Shown: piece after piece, positions 25,672 to 38,678 of the stretch
How positions within the stretch are numbered: the first letter of the stretch is position 1
Layout: each line of letters starts with the position of its first letter
Source of the DNA: Octopus sinensis
Taxonomy: Eukaryota
Assembly: GCF_006345805.1 (NCBI RefSeq)
Contig: NC_043003.1
Location: forward strand, 108,438,001-108,502,000
DNA: 64,000 nt
Reading direction: 5' to 3'
The notes under the pieces: generated by a model
The model's input: the letters and a program-made list of their open reading frames with translations, nothing else
What the model was told of the DNA's origin: nothing
Database searches by the model: none
Program-made: the position numbers and the translations under genes

Positions 25672-27329
25672 AAAAATTGCCTAACTGTTGCTTAATGAAT
25701 ATGAGATTGTTACAAAGAAGGGCATCCTATTGTAAAAATATTTGCTAGAGCAAAATTACCCCCAGTAACATGAATGCTCATAAAAAAAGGCTGTAAGCGA
25801 GCAATGTAAGAACAGTTTGTAATGAATTTATTATCATCATTTCACATGTGGCTTCCATGTTGTTCAGCCCATGCAACATGGGTTGAATAGTTTAAAATAA
25901 CATTAATAATAATGAGTACTCAGATAACAAAAACTCAGAAAAGAGGTTAAAAGGGGAGACAGAGGGCAGATGCATAAGTCAAGTGAAAAAGACAGCAATG
26001 AATGCTAGAAGTAGAAGCACAGTACACAGAATAAGACAGAAAAGGAGTCAAAAAGAACAAGGGTGCTTTGGCACATCAGAATCTGACGCGTTGAAGGACT
26101 GCATCATGTTCCAATGCCTACTTTGATCTGGTTTCTATAGCTGGATGACCTTTAGAGGGTACTGCGTGCATGCTGTCATGTCACCAGCATTAAAGAAAAT
26201 CGCCAGGGAAGCTGCAAGGCTAAGGGCCAAAAGTGAACATCATAAATTGTTCATATGGAAATAATTTACTAAATTAGTAACAAGTCATAAACACAGGGTG
26301 CGTTACCTTGTCCTGACATTGCACAGCAGGTATAAATGAGCATCCCTATTACACAAGTGGTGTCATTCATTTCCAATCTGGCTGTGGAGTAGCAAGCCAC
26401 AGGAATCCAGCTTCAAGGAACTCCACGCCACTCAAGCAAGCATGAAAAAAATGGACATTAAAGCAACAAGGGTGATGACATATAAAAAAAAAAATCAAAG
26501 ATAGGGAAGAGAATATGAAAACCTGTAGAAGTCACCAAGATTTTATAACTCAGTTCAAATCACTGTGCTTTTAAATGAAGCCAAATTTCCAGTTTGGTTC
26601 CAGGACAAATATTTACATTTTTTAAAAACTCCAAATTGATAAAAAGCAAAGCTGACTGCACCAAGATTTGAACTCTGAACTGTGGGGACATAATGCTAGA
26701 TGCTGAAAAGCTTAGACGGAAGCTTTCTAGCATTTGCACAAACTACTTACCTGTTCTTGTTCAGGCTTGGGTTAACACTGATCAAGCAGACCTATGATCA
26801 AACGTATTTTAACTAATGACAACCTGAACTGTAAGGTATCGAAAAGAACATTATCTAATATGCCCCTCCCTTTTTATAATTATAAGATGTGTGATATGAG
26901 GGAAATTTAGCTGCTATATCTAGCCAGTGGAGCAACAAGTAGAGTTTCTTCTGATGGTGGTGATGGTGCTAATTTTATTAATTAAACCAAAGCAATAAAG
27001 TAGAAAGTTGCAACAGAAAGCCAAGAAAATAAAGAGTGAAACTGGAAGTGGAACTGTGAAGATCTTGGATCAAAATATCAACAAGAAACAGTAAAACAAT
27101 GTGGGATCCAACAGAATGAGTAGCAGCGGAAGAAGACATCTGAATTTTACTTACTGGCATTCTAAGATCATAGCTTTATTTATCACAGAGGATTACAGAG
27201 AAGAGCTTAAAGGATTAGATCACACATGATGAAAAAGAAGATACAAAACATACTACTATACATTTCAGTAACGGATTAACCAAATTGAACTTTTTCACAA
27301 ACATTCCTCTCTTTCTCACTCTCTATCTA

Positions 27330-27377
27330 TATATACACACACAACACACACACACACACACACAACATATATATATA

Positions 27378-27422
<45 letters not shown>

Positions 27423-27431
27423 CACACACAC

Positions 27432-27478
<47 letters not shown>

Positions 27479-27613
27479 CACATATATATATATACACACA
27501 ACACATATATATATATACACACACACATATATATATACACACACACACATATATATATATATATACATACGCACACATATATATATGTAAAAGCACGCAC
27601 ACACACACACATA
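27330..27613. repeat. Compound (TA)n/(CA)n microsatellite; other long (TA)n tracts at about 13270-13323, 32885-32950, 38646-38675, 41118-41170 and 54135-54270
   Basis: Read directly from the sequence; explains the spurious Y/I/C/V/H/T-rich ORFs. Confidence 0.97.
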
Positions 27614-28849
27614 TTGAAATTCCTAGTCACTTCAGCCATTCAACTGATGACATATACATGAAAATATGGTTCCAATGATTAATAATAATATTTATTTCAT
27701 TCATACATTTTTAAAAATGCAAGGAAAAAAAAATTTTATGCCCAGATCATTGTGATACATGAAATATATTTAACTTCAAGTATGTTTGGCATATTGAATC
27801 ATACAGGCATTCTTACAAGAAATACATGCAGATGTCTTAAATGAGGGGCCACCAAGGCCCAAACCAGGCTACCCAAAACTTAATAACACCGACCACTCAA
27901 GCAGAAGGTTATTATTTCTGGAAATATATTCTAGTGTGTGCAATTTGTCAGGAATTTGTGGAGATTAAGTTCAAACATACAAAGAGCTTATATTTGATGT
28001 TCTTGAGAAAAGCTGGATTGACTAATGAAAAAAAAAAAATGAATAGTGGTGAATGGAATTTTGCCAAGGGATAAACAAAGATCTTAGTTTTCGGGGATTC
28101 TTGCTGTATATAGATATATGAACTTAACTGCAAAAGTCTAAGTAAACATTTTCTATAGTGTGTAAAATGATAACTCAGTCACAACATATTTGTGGGGAAT
28201 AAATTTGAAGAAATAGCTAGTGATGATCTCTGTCATCAATAAACACCATTCCCTTTACCTCCACCCAGGATCCATTCACTGTGGGGTGCATCAAATTCAA
28301 AGAATATATTTCCCTGTATTAAATGTAAATATCAACCATACCAAATGTTAACAGATAAAAGAAAGAGTGAACTCTAAATGAGTCCCACATTAATGACTCT
28401 CAGTTGGAGAGTGTGGCGGCAGATTCTGATTAAACTTGCTAATGTAGTTTTTTTATATGTTATAGATATAATTTCATTTTCATGTTACTTATTCAACATT
28501 ACAAAAATTTAAGAAAAATATTGCTAAAACAAATTAGTGTTGGTCTACAGTCTCAAAAGTGTTTCCATAGTAAATATTGTGAGAATAGCCAGAAAATAAG
28601 ACTAGCGCATGTGACCTCCTGAATGGTGGAACTGATGTTGTTGGTGTTCAGCTTGAACTTCTGTAAGTGAACACCTATTCACAACAGAAATTATTGGGTA
28701 AAAGTGTTTTGTTCAATGTCCAACAGATTAAGAGAATAGGAAAGAAAAAGAGAGATAAATGGGTGGGTTGAGACAGAAGTGCACAAAGCTTGTTAGATCT
28801 GTAGAGACGAAGAGAAGAAAGAACAATGTGTCTGTAGAGTGATGGTAGT

Positions 28850-30345
28850 AATATGTTAATAAGTTCTATCCAACTAACAAAGCATATTTTAGATGCAGTT
28901 CAAGATGCTTCTGTGTGCAGCAGCAGCAACACTGTCCCAAATGTATTATCAGTATTCTAATGTCGGTTGTACTTTGTGAACTGTTAGCAACTGATCCAAG
29001 TTGAAGTTTTGGGATACAGTTTTAACAAAGTGATGAGATGATGAGGCTTGACATCTGTAGTGATTCTGAAGACTTTAGTAGTGTGTTGTTCAGATTCTGG
29101 GAGAGTGAAATGTAACACTCTTACTTTCATGTGTGTTGTGAACGAATCTGTGAAGAGAAGACTGAATTATCAAATCTCCACCACAGGATGCTTCTTGAGT
29201 ATTGAGTTCACAGAAGGCTGCTGGCAAATGATGCCTGATTGCCAAAGGTTAAGGAGGAATGAAGCATGGTGTCAGCATCTTAACTGTGTGCATATAGTTA
29301 GAAGTAACAGCAAGTTGGTGGGAAAGCATTGGAGACAGAACTGAACACTGGAATACACAAGACATTACAGGATGTAAATTGAAGACAAAAAAAGACATTG
29401 AATTCAAGCCATGAGATAACCTCTAACAAGTACATTATTTACAATTGACGGATATTGTCCTCATCTTGTTTCTTGTTAACACAACGCTTTGGCTGATACA
29501 CCCTCCAGTCTTCATCAGGTGTCTTGGGGAAAGTTTGAACCTGGGTTCTCATTCCTATGGTATTTTTCAATGTTGTTGTTGTTATTATTATTATTGTTCA
29601 AGTCACTGCTTGGAATCAAACTCGGAATCTTGAGGTTAGTAGCCTGAGCTCTTAACCACTACACCATATGCCCATGGGCATATGGAGTAGTGGTTAAGAG
29701 TGCAGGCTACTAACCCCAAAATTCCGAGTTTGATTCCAAGCAGTGACCTGAACAAGTAATTTAACAGATAGACTCACATGCCAAATATGGTCAAAGACTT
29801 TGCTGAGGTAAACAGCAACAGATTTGCATTCTTAAGTTCTCAATAGCAAAAGACCACTGATTTGTTAATTAGGAGAGTATTTCATTCATTTGTCTGTCAT
29901 CCATTTTTTCATGCTTGCATGGGTTGGATGGGGAATATTTAAGGTAGCATTTTAAAACTGAATGCCCTTTCTGTCACCCACCCTAATCTGTTTTTCAAAG
30001 TAGGGGATTTTGAATTATATTGAAGCAACAGGCCATAATAACAATAGAGAAACTAGATAACACACAGGAAGTCAGTGAGCGGGGACAGGGAGAGTAAGAG
30101 AGACAGAAAGACAAAGAATCAAAGTATTGGAGTAAATGGTTGTATACAGCTGTTTCCATTACTTTTGAAATGTTGGAAGTGAAAGCAACAGGGATTCAAG
30201 GTAGCAGAATCAGAAATAGCTCTTCTTTGGGAATAGGACGCATCATGTCCCCACAGATTAGAAGAGAACCTTGTAGTGAAGGAGAAGAAACACGTCAAAG
30301 AATTTGGTGAGGATAGGAGCTAAATCTGGAGCACAACGTGATGAC
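28850..30345 (-). mobile_element. Ancient CR1/L2-like LINE RT remnant, interrupted by younger repeats
   Basis: CAPDLAPILTKFF and VAFTSNISKVMETAVYNHLLQY at about 30110-30345; KVQPTLEY**YIWDS at about 28930-28980. Both are in the same orientation and in the expected order. Confidence 0.6.
29430..29755 (-). mobile_element. tRNA-headed short element with a degenerate Penelope-type hammerhead motif and an inverted copy of its head
   Basis: Minus strand: A/B-box head (TAGTGGTTAAG...GAGTTTGATTCC), then (TAA)n(CAA)n, then ACAC-CTGATGA-A-GACTG...CAGCC-AAAG-C-GTT-GTGT. The head is mirrored at 29675-29755. Confidence 0.65.
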
Positions 30346-31079
30346 CTGAAAACTTTCTATCCAGAAACAGTTTCTATACTAAGTTGGAGCAACTTGAATT
30401 TGGCGAATGTGTATGGTAGTTGGAATAAAAGGAAGAATTTGAGAATTTTGTTGTGTATGTACAGTATAATACTTTGGGTGTATGGACAAGGTGATGGGTG
30501 ATCACTTGCTCACTAACAAAGACATTCAAATTAGCTCATCTTATATTGTGATTTCATGCAGAACTCTTTATATTCCATATTGCCTACCTCCCTTACCTAC
30601 ATGCAGTACCAAGACCACTTTTGTAATTTGGTCAACCTCAGACTAGAGTCTGCCAAGTCACTGGGTCTCAATTCTGGTTTTAAGGTGCATTTAACGGCTA
30701 GAGTGAATCAACCTGTTCCATAAATTCAACACGAGACAGAACGCAGTATCAAGCGAGGCTCTTGCTACCATGTGGAAGGGGGAGTGAGAAAGTGAGTGAG
30801 CGGACAGAGACAGACCAGTTATTGTGTTTGAGATATTTTTCAGTGCAATGATTTCTGCGAGTTCCCAAAATGTAATTTGAAAGCATTTACATCTTCAGAG
30901 GTTGGTTAAATATTTAAATACACAAGGTATTACAGAATTATATTAAGGATGAACACAAAAATAAACACCATAACGTGAGGGTTGTACAAAAGGCCTACAA
31001 GCACACACAATATACAAGAGACACAAAATTAGCATTTGCGACCAGATGTGAAGGAAACTCGGGTAAATTGTCACATTTT

Positions 31080-32873
31080 AATATAATAAAGGCGCGCGGA
31101 CTCCCTCCGTCCTTCAAACATTATATATATATATATATATATATATAAACAAATACTCTTTCAGAAGTTTTCGCGTTTCAATGTGACTGCTCCAGACACA
31201 GCTTTGTGGCAGGCTAAGCTTTGAGTAAAGTACTTTATTTGTCAATTTTCCAAACTGAAAGAAGAAAAGGGATTGGCCAGGTCGTTGGAATCCAATTCGG
31301 ACTTTACCTATTAGAGATGCGGTACGCATGCGCTTAGCAACAAAACATTCGCACCTGTATCTAAACAAAGATTTGGAAAGTCTGTGTATACCACAGCAAA
31401 TTCACAGACACACAGTCATAAATATAAAACCTATAGTGATAACTCAATGGTGTAGCTTGGGGAAAGTAGAAATGGGTGAAGTTTGTTCGTGAAAACATTC
31501 TTAGGTAAACAGGGAGGAAGGGCCGATTCTTTAACGAAACAATAAGATGCAAATTAGATATACACTCGTTTTACCTCAGAGTATTTTCACTACATATATC
31601 TATGGGGGGGGGGACAGATTTCTCGTTAAAGTTCCTTGGTAAGAAATATATAGCAGAATACTTTAATGTAATAATCGTTAGTTATAGTGTGTTGATAGTT
31701 AGAAATGCGTCAGTGTTTTCAAGAAAGTAAAGCAAACAAAATAGAAACCCAACAAGTTGAGATTATAAAGAGGAGAGCAGCAGCTCTCGATATTATTGCC
31801 TTCACAGACACAAATAAATCAAATCGGTATTGACGCACACACACAAATTAAGACCAATGTTTACGATAAATGAAAGCAGTAAATATGATTACGAATGGCA
31901 AAACAACAACACCAATAATAATGATAATACTAATAATAATAAGGCTAGTCGCTGTAGTGGTAGTGAGAACATTGTTAAGACGAAGAAGAAGAAAAAAGCG
32001 ATGAGAAATAAAAGGCAGGGTTAATGACGACGCCGATGCTTTGAGAGAGGAAGAAAAGAAGTTAAAGTAAAGAGAAACAAAGAAGTTGGCAGCCGCCCGC
32101 CAACATCTGTGTGCTTGGGGGGCAGGAGCAGCACCAGGCCTCTTTTTTCCCCTTGTCACCCACTAGAACTTCATTCCGCGCTTTCAAACAAACTCTCTCT
32201 TTCTACAGCTTGCTCGCTTCACTCTGCAAAACAATAACATCGAGCAAAAGAAGAAGAAGAAAAAAGGAAAAGATCTTTCTGTGTTAAGAGTACAAAATAA
32301 TAATAATAATAATAAAGAAACAGAAAATACAGGAAGAAAAATAGAAATGGCTAAATTAAACAAACACACACACACACACTCCTGGTGGACAGTTAAATTG
32401 AGAAAGATCGCACTTGGTTTAAAAGGGAAATAAATAATAAATACATAAACGGAAATCAGAGAGAGAGAGAAACACGGTTTAGGTTTTCCTGTGGAAAATA
32501 TATAATTTCTGTCATTTTAAAATAATTTCTGCTACACAAAAAATGCGTAACTGCGAAGTACCTTGCATCTTATGTAGATGTGTAAAGAGAGATTGATTAC
32601 ACTTTTCCTCTAATTATTTACACCAGTGTTCGAGATATTTTGTTGCATTTGTTATTCTGTTTTCAAGGCATTTCTAGGGAAGAAAAGTTTGAATGTAATG
32701 TCTGTATATTTGAATACGAGTGTTTGTGTCAAAGTTTGTGTCTGCAGAAGAGGGGAGAGAGAGAGAGAGAGAGAGAGAGAGCTGAGGCCTTTTCTCTCCA
32801 ATTATAAACAATCAACAGAGAAATAAACAACATTCACTGAAAGATGAATACACTTCTCAGTATATATATAAAT

Positions 32874-32956
<83 letters not shown>

Positions 32957-33930
32957 AGCAGGAAGCTTAAGCCTGACATTTTCATGTAGTCGGAGTTCAG
33001 AGAAAATATTCAAGTCAATATATGTTTTAAACCCTGTTCATACACACAAATATATTTGTAAGTATCGTGTGTGTAGGTGTGTAGGTGTGTATAATATAAA
33101 CGTATTCGAGTCAATATATTAAGAACCTGGCACACAAAAACACTACAGACTCATACATATATGCAATGGGAACGAAATAGATTTTATTTTCCGTAACGCT
33201 CCGTCTTCCCACAGGCAAATCCTAATCATTATTACACATTATTAATCCTAATCCTTACTAAACCCATTCCCTGTCCCTAATTCCGAGCAGAGATTCGGGG
33301 TCGAACTCGTCTCTTCTTCTTCTGACTCGAGTTGCTGCGTTTTTTTATCAACAAAACTATTTGTGGTCGATATTTGGATGTGTTTTTTCTTCTATTTTCC
33401 AAATCCCGAATCAGCAAACTCGGTCGTATATCTGCCAGCAAACCGCGAATGTGATGCTGTGTTTAGGGGGGAAACATTTACATGAGTGGAGACTCAGAGA
33501 AAAGCCATTTGTGAAAAATGTCAGGAAAACCGCTGGCAACCACGTTGAATATATTAAGCAGGGACAACGAGAGGCATTTTGTCTATGTAATAGGATTTTA
33601 AAAGCGGTCATCTTCTTACAAGTGATAAAAGTGAGTGCGGAAAACATAAAAACATGAAAGTTTTGGGGAAATTGAGATAAAATCGGTGAAGATTTGAAGA
33701 GAAAAATCACTTACCACATCAAACGGAAAATAGTCTTCCCTCGGTTGGAGATATGGGAGATAACTCCAATTTCTTTGACAATCCACAGTGACTGCACAGT
33801 TAGCTTTTCTTTGTGTTCACATTCCTTTCTTTCTTTCTTTTTACCTCTCTCTCTCTCTTTCACTCTCTCTCTGTTTTTCTCTTTTATTTATTCATTTTTA
33901 GTATTTTTTTTTAGCTGTTTCATTCGGTAA
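31080..33930. promoter_or_regulatory. CpG-enriched candidate promoter/first-exon region, probably of the minus-strand zinc-finger gene and possibly bidirectional
   Basis: Local excess of CpG (GGCGCGCGG at about 31091; NRF1-like ACGCATGCGC at about 31325), UTR-like (AAT)n/(AAG)n/(GA)n tracts, and a strong minus-strand donor GATGTG|GTAAGT at 33715/33714. Confidence 0.45.
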
Positions 33931-35169
33931 GTGGTCTTATTCTAACAATGTTTAGTAGGGACTTCATCTCTAGAAAGACATTTAAAAGAAAAGGTGATGG
34001 CCCTGAATAATATTAACTAGATGCTAAATGTAAGTTTAAGAACAAATTGTATTTACCAATAGACAAAAGGGTAAATGAACACCACATCATATAAGCAGAC
34101 TGGAATCTGGTTAAGTAGGAAGATATTGAATCCGAAAACAATTTAAATTACGATCCGATGGTATGTAATGACATTCATGGGTTTCAACATACCATCTTAA
34201 CAATAATCAACAACTGATATGTCTAATAAAATATTATGTTAAGGGGAGAAAGACAAATAAACAAATCACTCTTGTGATTTAGAGGGAATTTCAGCAAAAA
34301 GGGACTTAAGTATTTCTCAGATTTATTTTCTTTTTTCTCGATGTAGAATAAGAACTGCTAAGGAGGTGATAGACCGAACACAGTGTAGTTCACCTGCTAT
34401 TGTAACCTTCTATCAATCAGGTGATGATGTATTAATTATAGCTAAAATTAAACAATAATAAATACGTATAATACAAACGTGTGTGTGTATATATATATAC
34501 ACATACATCGTCATCCTTTAACGTCTATTTTCCTACAAATATATATATAATATGGACAAACATGCATATTTACGTGCGTGCATTATCGTATACACATATG
34601 TACATGTATATACATATAAACACTAACACATATATGCATACAGACGTATACACATTATCTATACACACACGCACTTTACGTTTGTATTGTAGGTATAACT
34701 GGAAGAAGCCTGTTATATATATGTGTGTGTGTATTTTTGTGTGCACACATGCATGATTGTATGTATTCCTCTTGACTCGGCGTCTGTGTTATTAACAAAC
34801 AAAAAATCACTGTCTCACAGAAATATTCATTTGTTTACAATCTTCCATGAAAGTGTCTGGCCACTGATCCATTCTTTATTCAAAATACAAGGAGGAAATA
34901 TTACCTTTCTTGGAAATAGACAAGGTTTTGACAAAAGGAAGAACATTTGGCAAAAGAAAACCCTCCCTCAAAACTAGCTTCATCTGATCCTTGAATGGAT
35001 AGAAAAATCGATGTGTTGTGTGTGTACATATATATATACACCTCTTGCCGTCTTGGGCCCTCATATCCATGGATCACTGGGACGTCACCATGACATATAG
35101 TGTCATATATATATTTGATATATTCAACACGGTTGACGTCTTCCAGAGAGAGGAGGAGAGAGAGAGAAA

Positions 35170-36900
35170 CAAAGAATCAATATCAGTAAAAAGACCAAAT
35201 CTGGACGCTGTTCTGCTCTTGTTGCAGTAGAGCTTGACTGATACAAGATCGATACTGCTGCCCTTTCTAAGATACAAATGTTAAGGAAATGATCAGCTAA
35301 GCAGGTTATGCTTAGAGTTTTTTGGGGTGAAGGCTGGCAAGCACACAGATGAGAAAGAAGAGGATGACATTGACTTTGGAATCAGAAAGAAACTAGCTGA
35401 TAGGCAAGATATGTTAACATCCACTGTGAGTGACTGTATCATTAATTGTTTAGCATTCAGATTACTTCTCTGTCGAATGTATCTATTCACATTGTTTTGA
35501 ATTGATCATGCATTATCTCACAGCTTCAAGATTCCGATGATGTGATTCTTAGAATGACATTGTCAGGTGGAATATCTCAGCCAGATATGGCTGCTCTAAC
35601 ACTGAACAGTTAAATTCACCTTGCTACTGTCTTGTGACTTTCTTCTCTATGTGTACACTCTCATTCTTCACTTGTTTTCTTTTTCTTTGAGAATCTTATA
35701 AATGCCATTCTTTCCACACAGACTAAAAACAAAATCATTCATTCTGGTGAATTTAACAGTATGGCAAGTCACAACTGAAAAACATGGAGTAGTTTGGGAT
35801 GTTTCAGCATCGGTGGAATGAACAGCAGTTATATTCCAAGCCAGGTCTTGTGACAGGTCGCACATTGTTCCACCAGAAATTCACGTCAAGTTTTCTGGAT
35901 CTATCTTGGTCAAAACATGGTCGTTTTATTCTCTTTATAATATGTAAATAAGACAACTGTGTTTACTGTTGAGTAACGTTTTTGCGACAAAAGTGGAGAA
36001 GAGTAGCACACTATCAACCTCACTCTCGTTTGTGATAATTTCCAATCAAGTGGCGAAACAACTGGAGTTGCAATGGATGTCCAAAATGTCTTACTTGCCT
36101 CGTCTTGCAGTCTGAACCCCGCAATGCATTGCTGCAGTCACCTTTCCCTCAGCTGAACTATGCAGGCTGTATGGTGAATAGATCACTACCTTGTATGGGC
36201 AAAGCTGAAGCTAGTAGTCAGAAAAATGTTTATAAAAAATAGCAAAAAGGTTCTGAAATGGTTGAATGTTGACAAACTGCAAAACCCAACAATATCTGCA
36301 TCATCTTGAGAAGCTCTAGTAAATGGATCACCTGATGGTATAGGGTCATTCTTCAAACAACACGTTTACGTCACAGTTGCCTGTATGTTCTTTTGGACCT
36401 GCTGACACAATGATTGGTTCACAGAAAACAACTCAAAATATTTGAGCTTATAGACATCAAGTATAACCTATGCCGGAAATTGTTCTTTTGCTGTAGGAAC
36501 TACAAGAGTCATAAATCAACTTTGCAAAGAGAAATGAAAGCAATGAGCATATCCAGAGATATTGAATAGGCACTTGACAAAAACACCCAAAAATAACATA
36601 CAGCTTGTGAAAACAGATATTTGGTGATCATCGGTCAACTACTGCTCCTCTCTTTACCAAAGATGAATCTACTTCAATCAGTAATACTGAAGGTATTCTG
36701 AAGAAATGGTAAAAGCTTTTCACAGATCTTTTTCATAATCCATTATCACTACATCATGCCATTGAATAAATAGATCATAATCCTAAAATAACAGAAAGCA
36801 AAACTGCAATACAACTGATCAACTCAAGAAAAACCACAACAACTAGGATGGGAGGTGGGTAGCAAGATGATCCGTCTTAATGGTAAATCTGCTTTTACCT
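35170..36900 (+). mobile_element. Ancient RTE/BovB-like LINE remnant (APE endonuclease plus linker), a different family from the PHD-RT one
   Basis: With stops and frameshifts it reads RCSALVAVELD*YKIDTAALSK, FFENLINAILSTQTKNKIIHSGEFN, LFHQK...and STTAPLFTKDESTSISNTEGILKKW*KLF, resembling RTE endonuclease and linker motifs. Confidence 0.7.
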
Positions 36901-38644
36901 GACACACCAGCTGAGATATGGATGTATGCTATAGGTGATCTGGCAAGAAAGTGATGCTGGTTTTGCTTTTTCTGATAAAGCTTAAAGTTAGCCAATAGTT
37001 TTTAGTAATAGGTTGCAAATTTTCTTTTAATCATATTTAAAATGTATGACTTTAGCCAATTCAATAGTTAGAGAATGTTTAAATATTCAAATGTGTATAA
37101 AATGGAATATATAGAAGAAATGGATAATAATTCTGATACTTGAAGAAAGCAAAATTGACATAAAACAAATCAGCTCAGGGAACCCTACAGAAGCAGGTGA
37201 TATATTGGCTGAGGTTCTCATTTACGGTGTGGATGTATGTTTATGGTTGATCTTGTGACCATACTAATTGTTAAAGTAAAGAACGGCTCAATGGTTCCAT
37301 AGAATGGAGCGATGCTATAGTGATTTCACTGTACATGAGAAAAAGTGCAAAGTTCAACTGTAGTGACTTTTGAGGTATTTTCTAATTTATAAATTGTTGG
37401 TAAGATATTCACCAAACCTTTTTTTCAATTGGCTGCTGACATCCATATGCTCCTCTGGTGCCCCAGACTCTCAATGTAAATTAGTGTACAGAAGCTGTCT
37501 GGTGTTCAGATTAATCTGCTAAATGTAATGCTTATGTATTCTCATTGTTTGGAATTAATAATGCATTATTTCATAGTTTTGGGATTTTTATGGCATGATT
37601 GTTTATTTTTAGAATCACATTGTAGGATCTGTGTGAGAAGCAGGATCTGGCTAGTCTGAAGATGAAACTAATAGAATACTTGGGCCAGATCAGGCTGACT
37701 TAAATGCTAAAAGGTTAAATATGCTATTAAAATTCCTGATATAAAAATATCTTTAAAAAGCTAGTACACTGTTTTAAATGCCATAGAAAATAGAAAATTT
37801 ATTCTCTCATTGGTTCACACTTAAATATATTTATATATGTAAAGTATTCAGGTATCTTGCTTTAAAAAAAAAATTATGTCAGTTTTTATAGAATTTTAAA
37901 TATATTCAGGCTTTATATATAAATCAAGTCAGATTTGCAGAACAGGAAACTTTAATATTTTAGATATATATATTAAAAAAAAAAGTTTAAATGTGAATCA
38001 ATGAAAGGATAAAATATACATTTTATTCCATATCTGAGACCATTTAATTTTTAAGACATTGTTTTTTTAATGTAGGCCTCTAATAAACAGTGTTACAACT
38101 ATACAATGTGTCTCTCTCTCTCTCTCTCTCCCTATATATATATATGGACGGATGGATGGATGGGTAGACAGACAGACAGAGAGACAGATAAACTCACACA
38201 CACACAAATGAGTGTGTATGCATGTTTTTGTGTGTTCATGCATATATATATTACAAGTGATGAAAAAACAGTGAGTGAAACAGAATATTGAAAAACTGAA
38301 GGAAAACAAAAAATACTGAAAATTTTCCAAGTCCCATGAAATGCCTATGTGCTACTAATCCATACCAGTTTACTGCCTCTCTCCATGTTTCCTTCACAGG
38401 AAACAGAGGAGTTTAGATTATTCCTAGTATTATCTTGATGTTCCTGTATAATTTGGTGATGTTTAATTAACAAACAGTGACACTGTTCCAAGATACACAA
38501 ACATTCATATATATATATGTGTGTATGTGCATTTAAATAATATATATGTAAGCATGTTTATATGTGTATATAGACTTTTATATATATATAATGTGAAACT
38601 CAGAGTAACAGGTTTTGTTGAATTTTCTGCTGCTTTTGAATAAA

Positions 38645-38675
<31 letters not shown>

Positions 38676-38678
<3 letters not shown>

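Noticed and set aside
23135-27160. Hydrophobic small ORFs at 23135-23326, 24485-24670 and 26978-27160 as exons of a membrane protein
   Set aside because: No consistent splice sites or phases and no motifs; T-rich intronic strand bias explains the hydrophobicity.
27285-27639. ORFs rich in Y/I/C/V/H/T (also 13171-13371, 32844-33122, 54054-54307)
   Set aside because: Translations of (TA)n/(CA)n microsatellites.
31848-32159. 103-aa minus-strand ORF ending in a transmembrane-like stretch
   Set aside because: The hydrophobic run comes from (ATT)n/(GTT)n/(TTC)n repeats in UTR-like DNA; no recognisable domain.
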